Assembly: GCA_965205295.1 (NCBI GenBank)
Contig: OZ242167.1
Location: 3,017,390-3,081,389, forward strand
DNA: 64,000 nucleotides
DNA from: Candidatus Multivorans sp.
Lineage (GTDB): Bacteria; Acidobacteriota; Thermoanaerobaculia; Multivoradales; Multivoraceae
Reading direction: 5' to 3'
Position numbers and translations under genes: made by a program. Within the stretch, counting starts at the first letter, position 1. The number at the start of each line of letters is the position of its first letter. Positions 1-9,916 of the stretch are shown piece after piece. Below the pieces are notes generated by a model, which worked only from the letters and a program-made list of their open reading frames with translations, was not told where the DNA came from and did not search any database.

Positions 1-472
1 CGAGCGAGAGCAGGCGCCGGTCGTGGGTGGCCATCATCACTCGTTGCTTCTCCCCCTTACGCCAGATCGCCACTCCGCGGTGATGGAACCCCATGTTCGC
101 CGGCCGCCCCGCCTCCCAGCTCTGGGGGTCGTAGCTCCACAGCGGCTTGCCCGAGGCGGCGTCGATCGCCGCCACCTGGCCGAGGGAGGTGCTCACGTAC
201 ATACGGCCGTCGATGACCACCGGAATGGCCTTGAGAGACCGCGGCCTGATCGAGTCAGGCAGGTTCGGAATCTGGGTGTCGACCGACTCCCAGGTCCAGA
301 CCACCCGCACACGATCGAAGTTGTCGGCGTCTATCTGGGCCAGCGGCGAGTACTTCGAATTGCCGGCGTCGTTGCCGAAGTTAGGCCAGTCGGTGTCGGC
401 GGCAGTCGCGACAGCGGCGACGAGCAGCGGCGCCGCGCAACAGGAGAGGAGCAGGGTCTTGGCCACGTTCAT
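1..472 (-). CDS. PQQ-dependent dehydrogenase (glucose/quinate type), N-terminal part; runs off the left edge
   Basis: Translated by hand, not in the ORF track: signal peptide, then DWPNFGNDAGNSKYSPLAQIDADNF...PVVIDGRMYVST...AAIDAASGKPLWSYDP...HRGVAIW, typical of PQQ beta-propeller N-termini. Confidence 0.85.
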   Translation of the reverse strand, partial: MNVAKTLLLSCCAAPLLVAAVATAADTDWPNFGNDAGNSKYSPLAQIDADNFDRVRVVWTWESVDTQIPNLPDSIRPRSLKAIPVVIDGRMYVSTSLGQVAAIDAASGKPLWSYDPQSWEAGRPANMGFHHRGVAIWRKGEKQRVMMATHDRRLLSL

Positions 473-612
473 AGAGGGCGCCACTTCCATCACGGTAGAT
501 CCTGCGACCGGAGGATACCGCGCCCCTGACGCAACTCAAAGCGAGTCGCAGCACCTCTGGCAGCCGGAGGCTGCCTGGGTCCAAAGCCCGCTCGGTATCG
601 AGAACGGCCGCG

Positions 613-2364
613 TTACTTGGGCCCGCGGCTCCGATCTTCTGGACTGAGCCGCTCCTCAACCGCCCGCCAGGCGGCATCGATCGCGCCCTGAACGTAGGCC
701 AAAGCCTCCGCGTCCGAGTTCGCGATGCTGACGCGGCCGAACGGCTTGCGCCCCAGTTCGTGCGGCGCTTCTCCCGCCGGCCAGTCGGGGTCGTAGAGGT
801 CCATGTAGCCGTAGGCGTAGCCGTGGGGCCAGCGGTTGACGGTGATCGCTTCGACGTGCCGGTCGGCGTCGAAGCCGAAGTCCCCGAACATCGACGTGAG
901 CTGCCTTTCGATCTGCCTCTCGTACGTCGAGAAGGGCGTTTCGAACAGCTTGCGGCGGCCCTTGCGATAGAGGTCCCTTCCTGTCTGGCCACCGTCGTTC
1001 TCCGGAGCCGGTGCGTTCCCCATGAAGACGACGAGCGGCCCGTCGGGATCGGCCGTGGCGCCATAGTCACCGAGCGTCACCGGGGGCGCCACCGACACCA
1101 GACCGAAGTCGCTCCCGGGACACAGGAACACCGACGCGCCGGACCCACGCACGGGCCGACCGGTCCGAAGGAGCACGTTCACCCAGGCGAACGGCACCTT
1201 CGAGCCGTACTCGAGATGCTCTCTCTGCGCCTCCGGCAACTCGGGGCAAAGGTGCGGGATCATGCTGTTGTAGCACGCAAGGATGCAGTGCCGGGAACGG
1301 ACGCGGCAGGCACGCCCCGCAGCCACGTAGGACACCTCGACCGCGTCGCTTCCGGAGTGTTCGACCTTCACCGCCGTGCTGTTCAGGCGAATCCGTACGG
1401 CTGAGTCTTCGCGGTCCAGGGCGGAGTAGTCGAAGCGCGCGGTGACCACGTCCTGCATCGAGGTCCCCGGCGCGACAGCCGGAATCAGCTTTCGCACGAA
1501 CAACCTCGCCACGGACGCATTGCCATCCGGAAACATGGGGTACCGCGGGGCCGGGTACTGGCCCGGCTCGTAGGCGCCGGCGGGTTGGCCGGTCAGCGGG
1601 TTCGGGCCGGGGGTTCCGGTCAGGACCGCCTCCCTCACGGAGACGCTCTCGAGGCCAACGCCAAAGAGCGCCCGCCGCGTCGGCTCGAACACCGTCGCCG
1701 CGGCGCGGGAGAGGCCGACCCGTTCCGACAGGAAGGTCGCGTAGCTCGTGCTCCGCACGTACTCCAGCCGCTCCTCGGACGAGAGGCCCTCCAGGAAGTC
1801 CCTCTGGCCTCCGGCGAGCTCCCTGAGCTTCCGCGTGTCCCCTTCAGACAGGCCCAGATCGTCGATGAGACCCGCCGAGTCTTCGGCGCCACCCCAGGCC
1901 TTGGACCAGTGGCCCACGACGATCCGATCACGGCCGTACTCCTCCGCGCTGAGGTGGATGCCAGACGGTGCGCCGGAGTTGGAGAGCAGATAGTCGGGAT
2001 GCACGGCCTTCTCGAGCTTCCCGAAGTCAACGCCGATCTCTTCGAGCAGTCCATGAGCCTGCGGACTCATGTAGTCCTGTTCGAGGTTGATGCTCCCCCC
2101 GAAGCCAAGCAGCATCCGGCCGCCGGCGTGGAACTCGTTGCGCTTGGCGTGCCCGCCGAAGTCGTCGTGATTGTCGAGAACCAGGATCTTCGCATCGCTG
2201 CCGGCGCGCTTCCGGTAGAGGTACGCGGCAGCCAGACCGCTGATGCCTCCGCCCACGACCACGAGGTCGTAGTGCTCGTTCAGGGCGTCGTACCGGTCGG
2301 GACGCTCTCCGCGCCAGGCCAGGGCATGGGCCGTCTCGAAGGAACCCTCATGACTGCCGCGCAT
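613..2364 (-). CDS. FAD-dependent oxidoreductase, spermidine dehydrogenase (SpdH)-like
   Basis: YDLVVVGGGISGLAAA Rossmann motif, DNHDDFGGHAKRNEF, FPDGNAS, NRWPHGYAY; the conserved YYPPTLTG lies in frame just upstream of the ORF-track ATG. Confidence 0.85.
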   Translation of the reverse strand: MRGSHEGSFETAHALAWRGERPDRYDALNEHYDLVVVGGGISGLAAAYLYRKRAGSDAKILVLDNHDDFGGHAKRNEFHAGGRMLLGFGGSINLEQDYMSPQAHGLLEEIGVDFGKLEKAVHPDYLLSNSGAPSGIHLSAEEYGRDRIVVGHWSKAWGGAEDSAGLIDDLGLSEGDTRKLRELAGGQRDFLEGLSSEERLEYVRSTSYATFLSERVGLSRAAATVFEPTRRALFGVGLESVSVREAVLTGTPGPNPLTGQPAGAYEPGQYPAPRYPMFPDGNASVARLFVRKLIPAVAPGTSMQDVVTARFDYSALDREDSAVRIRLNSTAVKVEHSGSDAVEVSYVAAGRACRVRSRHCILACYNSMIPHLCPELPEAQREHLEYGSKVPFAWVNVLLRTGRPVRGSGASVFLCPGSDFGLVSVAPPVTLGDYGATADPDGPLVVFMGNAPAPENDGGQTGRDLYRKGRRKLFETPFSTYERQIERQLTSMFGDFGFDADRHVEAITVNRWPHGYAYGYMDLYDPDWPAGEAPHELGRKPFGRVSIANSDAEALAYVQGAIDAAWRAVEERLSPEDRSRGPK

Positions 2365-2460
2365 GCCCGTCAGGGTCGGCGGATAGTAGTCCGGCGCTGC
2401 GTCCGAGACCTGAGCCGCGGCCAGACGAGGACCAGCGTTAGAGATAGCCTCGTTCCTCCA

Positions 2461-2527
2461 ACCCGGGTGGCGCGATCCGCGCCACCCGTGAACCAGTCCG
2501 TGCGCCCGTCAGCGGGCGCACGGATGG
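2461..2527. repeat. Double-hairpin intergenic repeat, copy 1
   Basis: GGGTGGCGCG-ATC-CGCGCCACCC plus TCCGTGCGCCCG-TCAG-CGGGCGCACGGA; near-identical inverted copy at 13251-13317. Confidence 0.8.
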
Positions 2528-2546
2528 CACCGCCAGGAGAACTCCC

Positions 2547-3461
2547 ATGAGCCATCGAGTCGTCCGTGTGTCCGGATCCCTGGGCGCCGAGATCCACGAT
2601 CTGCCACTGGCCGAGGCCGGCCCCGACGAGGCCGCAACGATCCGCGCCCTGCTGCTCGAGCACCAGGTGCTCTTCTTTCCCGACCAGCACCTGACGGTAG
2701 GGCAGCACGTCAGGTTCGGGCAACACTTCGGCGAGCTCGAGGGGCACCCGCACCTCAACAACCCCTTCCTCGACCACCCCGAGGTCTTCGAGCTGGTGGC
2801 AACCCGCGGCGGCGTCGCCGACGAGTGGCACAGCGACATCAGCTTCCAGGAGAGCCCCTCGGTCATGGCGATCCTGAACATGGTCAAGTGCCCCGAGGTC
2901 GGCGGCGACACGATGTGGGCAAACATGTACAAGGCCTACGAGGAACTCTCGCCTCCTCTCCAGGAGCTCTGCGAGGGGCTCACCGCGCTCCATGACGCCA
3001 CGCCGCACGGCAAGCCGGAGAAAATGACGATTCACCCGGTGGTCCGCGTTCACCCGGAGACCGGCCGCAAGTCGCTGTTCGTCAACGAGCACTTCACGCG
3101 CCGCATCGTCGAACTCAGCCATGAGGAGAGCGATCACCTGCTCGCTTACCTGACGCGCTGGGCGACGAACACGCGCTTCACCGTCCGCTACCGCTGGAAC
3201 CAGGGCACCCTCGCCATGTGGGACAACCGCTGCACGCAGCACTTCGTGCTCAACGACTTCAACGAGGAGCGCATCATCCAGCGCGTCACCGTGATGGGCG
3301 ACCGGGTCGAAGGGGCGAGCGAGCCCCGCTGGGAGCCCTACGTGCGCGCTCGTCACGCCGGCGCTACCAGCCGCTACGACCGCCAGCTCAACAAGCACCT
3401 GAAGCGCAAGGTCCAGTCGCTCGAGTCGAACGCCAAGAAGGAAGTCGCGCTGGAGATGTAG
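2547..3461 (+). CDS. TauD/TfdA family Fe(II)/2-oxoglutarate dioxygenase
   Basis: WHSDISF (HxD), GGDTMW, HPVVRVHPETG, WDNRCTQH motifs. Confidence 0.92.
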   Translation: MSHRVVRVSGSLGAEIHDLPLAEAGPDEAATIRALLLEHQVLFFPDQHLTVGQHVRFGQHFGELEGHPHLNNPFLDHPEVFELVATRGGVADEWHSDISFQESPSVMAILNMVKCPEVGGDTMWANMYKAYEELSPPLQELCEGLTALHDATPHGKPEKMTIHPVVRVHPETGRKSLFVNEHFTRRIVELSHEESDHLLAYLTRWATNTRFTVRYRWNQGTLAMWDNRCTQHFVLNDFNEERIIQRVTVMGDRVEGASEPRWEPYVRARHAGATSRYDRQLNKHLKRKVQSLESNAKKEVALEM

Positions 3462-3471
3462 GGGTCGTGGA

Positions 3472-4575
3472 GTGAGCAGCATGGTCCTTCATCGGAGCGG
3501 AAGCCGGCGGGGGCGCCGGCGCACCCAGTGTGTGGCCTTTCTTCTAGCCGTTGCGCTCGGCGGGGGCCAGGCGGAAGGCCAGTCCGCCGAACAGTGCATC
3601 CCCGAAGGCGCAAGCACCCAAATGCCGCGCAGCGCCAGCGCCTACGCGGCGATGTGCCAGCCCCACCTGGGCGTAGCGCCGACGGTCGACTGCAGCCAGG
3701 ACGACCGCATTCGCATCCGGCAGGACGGCAAGGAGATCTTCGAGGACCCGGGTCTCCACGCCTGCGACGACGGCAGTCTCCAGATCGGCGACTGCATGCC
3801 GGGCTCGAGCCTCCAGCGCTACGCGGGCAGGAACGCCGACGGCACGCCCCGCCCTGGGGTTGTCTGGGTGAGTTTCTGCCGCCACGACGGGCGTGACGAC
3901 GTCTTCAACGTCGATATCGGCGACTCGGTCCAGATGATCGGCTACAACTACGAGACCGGCGCCACCTGCTTCTTCGAGTCCGGCGACAACAGCCCCTGGA
4001 CCTCCGTCGGCGAGAACAACCGGCTGCTGGGCGTGTTGCCCGGCCCCGACGACCCGGAGTTCGACGACGCGTACCTCCCCGCCGGAGACATCCAGTGCGT
4101 CCGGTGCCACCAGGCGGACCCGTTCATCCACAATCCCTGGATCAAGACCGCGCGGCTTCCCGAGAATCGGCGCCAGCCCGTGGTCCCGGTTCTTCCCGGC
4201 CCGAACCCGCCCTACTACGTCGTGGGCGCTCCGACCTGGGACATGCGGACGATCCACATCGAGGGCAACGGCTGCCTCGGCTGCCACCGGGCCGGCATGG
4301 AGACGCTGGAGGAGTTCACCGGCGACTTCTGGGAACCCAACGAGCACATGCCGCCCCACGATCCGGGCTCACTGGCCGCGGACCTCGAGGCGCTGGAGCA
4401 GTGCTGGGCCGACGGCCCGGAGAACACTCCCGGCTGCGAGTGGGTCGTTCCACCTGCCGGCGAATGCAGCGGCGGCGTCGTGGGGCCGGACTATCCCCGC
4501 GCGGCCGAGGGCTTCAATCGCGGTCCCAAGAGCAGGGGGCACAGCTCGGGCAAACGCTGGATGACGCGGGACTAG
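3472..4575 (+). CDS. Secreted Cys-rich hypothetical protein with two CxxCH motifs (putative c-type cytochrome)
   Basis: Hydrophobic signal region; CVRCH and CLGCH; host-like codon usage. Confidence 0.65.
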   Translation: MSSMVLHRSGSRRGRRRTQCVAFLLAVALGGGQAEGQSAEQCIPEGASTQMPRSASAYAAMCQPHLGVAPTVDCSQDDRIRIRQDGKEIFEDPGLHACDDGSLQIGDCMPGSSLQRYAGRNADGTPRPGVVWVSFCRHDGRDDVFNVDIGDSVQMIGYNYETGATCFFESGDNSPWTSVGENNRLLGVLPGPDDPEFDDAYLPAGDIQCVRCHQADPFIHNPWIKTARLPENRRQPVVPVLPGPNPPYYVVGAPTWDMRTIHIEGNGCLGCHRAGMETLEEFTGDFWEPNEHMPPHDPGSLAADLEALEQCWADGPENTPGCEWVVPPAGECSGGVVGPDYPRAAEGFNRGPKSRGHSSGKRWMTRD

Positions 4576-4702
4576 CGACAGCTCCTGCTCAGCCATGCTG
4601 ACGGCCAAGAGGAGCGGCCCAACGGCGGATCCTCGACTGGGAGGAACGGGCAGTTCAAAGTGATGCCTTGACACCATTCTCTACTAGCATCATGATGCCT
4701 TC

Positions 4703-4990
4703 ATGCGAACAACCGTAACGCTCGACGCTGACACCGAATCCCTGCTGCGCGAAGCGATGCGGCAACGGGGACAGAACTTCAAGCAGGCCCTGAATGACGC
4801 CGTCCGGCGGGGCCTTGCCGGAGTTGCAGGCGATCCGGAGCGGCCGCCGTTCGTTCAACGGAGCTTTCCCATGGGCCTCAGGGCCGGGTACGACCTCGGG
4901 AAGCTGTCGGCCCTTGAGGCCGAGATGGATACAGAGGCGTTTCGTGGGGTGACCCGTCGCCTGATCGACGAAGGCTCCGGGACGAAGTGA
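4703..4990 (+). CDS. vapB: VapB-type antitoxin (CopG/RHH)
   Basis: MRTTVTLDAD N-terminus; overlaps the downstream PIN toxin (GTGA). Confidence 0.85.
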   Translation: MRTTVTLDADTESLLREAMRQRGQNFKQALNDAVRRGLAGVAGDPERPPFVQRSFPMGLRAGYDLGKLSALEAEMDTEAFRGVTRRLIDEGSGTK

Positions 4991-5421
4991 TCGTCCCCGA
5001 CGCGAACCTTCTCTTGTACTCGGTTGATTCGGCTAGCCCGTTTCACGCGCCTGCGACGAAGTGGTGGAATGCCTGCCTGAGCGGATCCGTTCCGGTCGGG
5101 CTCTGTCAGCCAGTCCTCTTCGCGTTCTTGCGGGTCAGCACGAACCGGCGCGCCTTCCGGGCGCCACTCTCGCTTGCGACCGCGGCCGACCTGGTGGACG
5201 AATGGACCGCCCACCCCGTCACGCGCCTCCTCCTACCGGGTGAAGACCACGTGAGGCACGTCGTGGAGTTGCTCGCCGCCGCGGGATCGGCGGGCGGCGA
5301 CCTCGTCACGGACGCCCAGATCGCGGCGCTCGCTCGCGCCCATCGAGGCGAAGTGCATACCGCGGATCACGACTTCCGGCGCTTCCCCGGAGTGACCTGC
5401 CACTACCCACTCGCGGCCTGA
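4987..5421 (+). CDS. vapC: VapC PIN-domain toxin
   Basis: MIVPDANLLLY...DAQIAALA...HTADHDFRRF. Confidence 0.92.
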   Translation: MIVPDANLLLYSVDSASPFHAPATKWWNACLSGSVPVGLCQPVLFAFLRVSTNRRAFRAPLSLATAADLVDEWTAHPVTRLLLPGEDHVRHVVELLAAAGSAGGDLVTDAQIAALARAHRGEVHTADHDFRRFPGVTCHYPLAA

Positions 5422-5467
5422 CCGAGGGTCGGAAGAGCGGCGACCGGTTCACAGACCGGCGCTTCGC

Positions 5468-5498
5468 GCCGGATGCGGGCAAGATGCCCGCGTTCCCA
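5468..5498 (+). repeat. REP-like palindrome GCGGGCAAGATGCCCGCGTTCCCA
   Basis: Related copies at about 6985-7015, 13224-13254 and, inverted, 32032-32055. Confidence 0.75.
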
Positions 5499-5645
5499 AC
5501 GGGCGCTAGGCTGACAAGCAGTGCTCGAGCCGGTCCCCCAAGTGCTGCTCCAGGTCGCCGCACTGTGGAGCTGCAGACACCGCGTCGCGGGCCACTTGCC
5601 TCCTGTACACTGACTCATTCCGAACTCTTCCACGGGGACGCAGCG

Positions 5646-6938
5646 ATGACGAGTCGACGCTTGGTTGGTTTTCTCCTCTGTCTGGCCCTGGCCGCGGCGG
5701 CGCACGGCGCCGCTGACGCCAGGGGGCCGACATTCTACGAACACGTCCTGCCCATCCTGCAGGAGAACTGCCAGGAGTGTCACCGCCCGTCCGGCGGCAA
5801 GATCTACCGGGGCGGCGTGCCGATGTCGCTCACCACGTACGAGGACGCTCGACCGTGGGCGCGCGCGATCGTCCGCCAGACGGCCTCGAAGGAGATGCCG
5901 CCCTGGGACGCTTCCGAGCACTTCGACGGCGTGTTCAGGAACGAGCGCGGCCTGACCGACGCCGAGATCACGACGCTTCAGCGCTGGGCGGAAGCTGGAG
6001 CTCAGCCCGGCCGGCCGGCGGACGGACCGGCGCCCATCGACTGGGCCGACGACGAGGGCTGGCTGTTCCCCGATCCCGACCTGGTGCTCAAGATGCCCGA
6101 GCCCTACTACGTCGAGGACGACATCAAGGACATCTACACCAAGCACCGCCTGGTCCTCACCGAGGACATCCTGGCCGAAGACAAGTGGGTGCAGGAGATC
6201 GAGTTCCGCCGCGGCAGCGAGCTCGTCCACCACTTCAACATCTTCGTCAAGGGCCCCAACGACGAGGAAACCCGCGGTGACGGCGACTACCTCGGCGGCG
6301 CCACCTCCGGATCGCCGCCCCATGTCTGGCCGGAGGGCTACGGCTCACTGCTCGAGGTGGGCGACACGCTCACCTTCGACCTCCACTACCACAAGGAACC
6401 CGGCCCCGGCAGCGGCGGTTGGGACCAGTCGTCGATCGCGCTGAAGTTCGCGACCAAGCCAGTCGAGCACCCGATCCACTTCTTCCCGATCAGCAACTTC
6501 GAGTTCGAGATTCCGGCCGGCCACGACTACTGGCACGACTCCGCCGAGCGCACCTTCGAGCGGGACGTCACGATCCTCGGCATGCTCCCCCACATGCACA
6601 TGCGCGGCCGCGAGTCGAAGTACACGGCCTTCTACCCGGACGGCAGCGAAGAGCTGATCCTCCACGTGCCGGACTGGAACTTCGACTGGCAGGAGATCTA
6701 CTGGTACTCCGAGCCCAAGGTGCTGCCCAAGGGCACCCGCCTGCGCATCGACATGTGGTTCGACAACTCCCCCGAAGAGGCGGAACGCTGGGGCTTCAAC
6801 CCCGATCGCGACGTAGTGTTCGGCCCGATGTCGACCGACGAGATGCTGATGGGCTTCATCTCCTGCGTCTACAACGACGAGGAGGCGCCGAAGGCGAGAA
6901 CGCCGGGGAGAGCGATCGAGACGACCGGCGGCGAGTAG
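5646..6938 (+). CDS. Secreted protein: N-terminal CxxCH cytochrome-like domain plus copper type II ascorbate-dependent monooxygenase-like domains
   Basis: Signal peptide MTSRRLVGFLLC; CQECH; MPPW; VHH, LHYH, PHMHMRG, WNFDWQ, DEMLMG. Confidence 0.8.
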   Translation: MTSRRLVGFLLCLALAAAAHGAADARGPTFYEHVLPILQENCQECHRPSGGKIYRGGVPMSLTTYEDARPWARAIVRQTASKEMPPWDASEHFDGVFRNERGLTDAEITTLQRWAEAGAQPGRPADGPAPIDWADDEGWLFPDPDLVLKMPEPYYVEDDIKDIYTKHRLVLTEDILAEDKWVQEIEFRRGSELVHHFNIFVKGPNDEETRGDGDYLGGATSGSPPHVWPEGYGSLLEVGDTLTFDLHYHKEPGPGSGGWDQSSIALKFATKPVEHPIHFFPISNFEFEIPAGHDYWHDSAERTFERDVTILGMLPHMHMRGRESKYTAFYPDGSEELILHVPDWNFDWQEIYWYSEPKVLPKGTRLRIDMWFDNSPEEAERWGFNPDRDVVFGPMSTDEMLMGFISCVYNDEEAPKARTPGRAIETTGGE

Positions 6939-6984
6939 CCACTAGCCGCTAGCGCGGCAGAACTCCCAGAGGCCGGCGCTCCGC

Positions 6985-7015
6985 GCCGGATGCGGGCAGG
7001 ATGCCCGGGTTCCCA
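6985..7015 (+). repeat. REP-like palindrome copy
   Basis: GCCGGATGCGGGCAGGATGCCCGGGTTCCCA, intergenic. Confidence 0.7.
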
Positions 7016-7092
7016 GGTCAGATCGTTCTACCGCGCCTACTCCTAGCCACCAGCCACCAGCCGCCAGCCCGCCCCAACCGGAGGTAGCCCCG

Positions 7093-8283
7093 ATGAGAGT
7101 TCGTTTCGCCCTCTGTCTGTTCCTTGCGGCAGGTTTCGCAGCCTGCACCGGTGGCGATGACGCGACGGAGTCTGTCGATCCGCTCGCGCAGGTCGTGTTC
7201 CTGAACAGCGACAACTTCGACGCCGAGGTCTACCAGGCCGACGTTCCGGTGCTGGTGGACTTCACCGCCACGTGGTGCGTCCCCTGCAAGGTCGTGGACC
7301 CGATCGTCGAGAGCCTGGCGCCGGAGATGGCGGGCCGGGCGAAGATCGGCAAGCTGGACATCGATGAGTCGCCGGACATCTACCGCGGCTTGGGGGTCAA
7401 CGGCGTGCCGCACATCCTCTTCTTCAAGGACGGCGAGGAGCAGGACCGGATCGTGGGCGTCCAGAGCCGCGAGACTTACGTTGAGTACCTCGAAGCGATG
7501 ATCGCGGGGAAGTTGGCGTTCGACGCCTCGCTGGCGTTCCTCGACGACGACGCGTTCCGTCGCCACTTCGTGGTCTCAAGGCCCGTCGAGCACCTGAAGA
7601 AGGCGCTCCCGGACCGGCCGGATCTGCTCCTCGAACCGTTCGAGAACGGCCAGACGCCGCTGTCGCTGATCCTGCTGTCGCCCAGTGTGAAGCAGGACGC
7701 CCAGATCGACCTCGCGCTGACGCAGGCGCCGCCCATCTCCACGGCCGACCTCGTCGGCCTGGGCCGCTGCGAAGAACTGCAGGCCGCCCTGGCCGACGAC
7801 CCCGAGGCGGCCAGCCGGCCGGACCCGGACGGCGCGGCGCCGCTGTGGGTGGCGCTGATGCGCTCGCACCGGCTCGAAGACCGTAGCTGCCTCCGCACCC
7901 TGCTGGATGCCGGCGCCGATCCGTCGATGGAACAGGAGGGTCGGTTCCACCTTGCCCGCCCCGTGGTCCTGCGGGAGGATGTCGAGCTACTGCGCGAGTT
8001 CCTCGACCGCGGCATGGATCCGGAATCGACGAACAACGATGGCTACAACGCGCTCCACTGGGCCAGCGTGTACGACATGGTCGACGGCGCCCGCCTGCTC
8101 GTGGAACGCGGGGTCGACACCAGCGCGAAGACGCTGCAGGGCCAGACCGCGCTCGACATCGTCCGCGACCGGCGGCAGAGGCGGATGAAAACCCTCGAAG
8201 AGGTCGAAGACGAGGACTACCGGACCCAACTGGCCGAGACGATCCAGGACATCGACGAGATCATCACGCTGCTGGAGGGCTAG
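7093..8283 (+). CDS. Lipoprotein: thioredoxin domain fused to ankyrin repeats
   Basis: Lipobox FAAC; PVLVDFTATWCVPC; ankyrin-like GQTPL, GYNALHWA, GQTALDI. Confidence 0.85.
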   Translation: MRVRFALCLFLAAGFAACTGGDDATESVDPLAQVVFLNSDNFDAEVYQADVPVLVDFTATWCVPCKVVDPIVESLAPEMAGRAKIGKLDIDESPDIYRGLGVNGVPHILFFKDGEEQDRIVGVQSRETYVEYLEAMIAGKLAFDASLAFLDDDAFRRHFVVSRPVEHLKKALPDRPDLLLEPFENGQTPLSLILLSPSVKQDAQIDLALTQAPPISTADLVGLGRCEELQAALADDPEAASRPDPDGAAPLWVALMRSHRLEDRSCLRTLLDAGADPSMEQEGRFHLARPVVLREDVELLREFLDRGMDPESTNNDGYNALHWASVYDMVDGARLLVERGVDTSAKTLQGQTALDIVRDRRQRRMKTLEEVEDEDYRTQLAETIQDIDEIITLLEG

Positions 8284-8290
8284 TCGTTCC

Positions 8291-9793
8291 ATGAGCATTG
8301 CCGCCTCCGTTGCCCCTCGCACCCCAACGTCCCAACCGCTCCTGGACGACCCCAGCCTGCTGAGGGACCAGGCCTACATCGACGGTCAGTGGGTCGACGC
8401 CGATTCGGGCGAGACCTTCGCCGTCACGAACCCCGCCACCGGCGAAGTCCTGGCCGACGTGGCTTGCTGCGGCGCGGCCGAGACCCGTCGCGCCATCGAA
8501 GCGGCGGCGCGGACCTTCAAGACCTGGCGGCACACCACGGTCAAGGAGCGCGCCGCGCTGCTCAGGCGCTGGTTCGACCTGATGATGGAGAACCAGGAAG
8601 ACCTGGCGCGGATTCTCACTGCGGAGCAGGGCAAGCCCCTGGCCGAATCCCGCGGCGAGATCGCCTACGGCGCCAACTACGTCGAGTGGTTCGCCGAAGA
8701 GGCGAAGCGGGTCTACGGCGACACGATCCCCGGGCCGTCCAACGACAAGCGCATCGTCTGCATCAAGCAGCCGGTCGGCGTGGTGGCCTGCATCACCCCG
8801 TGGAACTTCCCCAACGCCATGCTGGCGCGGAAGATCGGTCCTGCCCTCGCGGCCGGCTGCACGGTGGTGTGCAAGCCCGCCAACGAGACGCCCCTGTCGG
8901 CCCATGCACTGGCCGAGCTGGCGACGCGCGCGGGCATCCCACCTGGAGTGATCAACATCCTCTGCGGCCAGACCATCGAGATCGGCAGGGAGCTGACCTC
9001 CAATCCCACGGTCCGCAAGCTCACGTTCACCGGTTCCACCGCGGTGGGCAAGCTGCTCATGGCCCAGTGCGCCGGCACGATGAAGCGCATGTCCATGGAA
9101 CTGGGCGGCAACGCGCCCTTCATCGTCTTCGACGACGCGGATCTCGACGCGGCGGTCGAGGGCGCGATGATCTGCAAGTTCCGCAACGCGGGCCAGACCT
9201 GCGTCTGCGCCAACCGCATCCTGGTCCAGGAAGGCGTCTACGACGCCTTCGCCGAGAAATTCGCCGCGGCGGTGCGCGGAATCAAGATGGGCGACGGCGC
9301 CGAAGAAGGCGTGACCGTCGGCCCGCTGATCAGCACCGAGGCCGCGGAGAAGGTGACCAGTCGCGTCACCGACGCCGTCGACCGGGGCGCCACGATCGAA
9401 CTCGGTGGCGGGCGTTCAGACCTGGGCGACCGCTTCGTGGAACCCACGATCCTCACCGGCGTGACCGACGACATGCGCGTCTTCCGCGAAGAGATCTTCG
9501 GCCCCGTGGCGCCGCTGATGAAGTTCAGCACCGAAGAGGAAGCCATCGCCATGGCCAACGACACCGAGTTCGGCCTCGCCAGCTACTTCTACTCCCGCGA
9601 CATCGGCCGCATCTGGCGCGTCAGCGAGGCCCTCGAGTACGGGATCGTCGGGATCAACGAAGGCATCATCTCCAACGAAATGGCCCCCTTCGGCGGCGTC
9701 AAGGAATCAGGACAGGGCCGCGAAGGCTCAAAGTACGGGCTCGATGACTACCTGGAGCTCAAGTACATGTGCATCGGGGGGATTGACGGGTAG
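8291..9793 (+). CDS. gabD: NAD(P)-dependent succinate-semialdehyde dehydrogenase
   Basis: ITPWNFP, FTGST, MELGGNAPF, NAGQTCVC, EEIFGP, PFGGVKESG.GREGSKYG. Confidence 0.95.
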   Translation: MSIAASVAPRTPTSQPLLDDPSLLRDQAYIDGQWVDADSGETFAVTNPATGEVLADVACCGAAETRRAIEAAARTFKTWRHTTVKERAALLRRWFDLMMENQEDLARILTAEQGKPLAESRGEIAYGANYVEWFAEEAKRVYGDTIPGPSNDKRIVCIKQPVGVVACITPWNFPNAMLARKIGPALAAGCTVVCKPANETPLSAHALAELATRAGIPPGVINILCGQTIEIGRELTSNPTVRKLTFTGSTAVGKLLMAQCAGTMKRMSMELGGNAPFIVFDDADLDAAVEGAMICKFRNAGQTCVCANRILVQEGVYDAFAEKFAAAVRGIKMGDGAEEGVTVGPLISTEAAEKVTSRVTDAVDRGATIELGGGRSDLGDRFVEPTILTGVTDDMRVFREEIFGPVAPLMKFSTEEEAIAMANDTEFGLASYFYSRDIGRIWRVSEALEYGIVGINEGIISNEMAPFGGVKESGQGREGSKYGLDDYLELKYMCIGGIDG

Positions 9794-9916
9794 GCCTCGG
9801 CTTAGCCCGGTGATCGCCGTCGCCGAGGATCTACCAACTAGTAGGTCCGGGTCGCGGCCCGCCACCCAAGGCAACCCGTCACAGTGCATCGCCGCGCGTC
9901 GGCGAGACCAAGGGGG

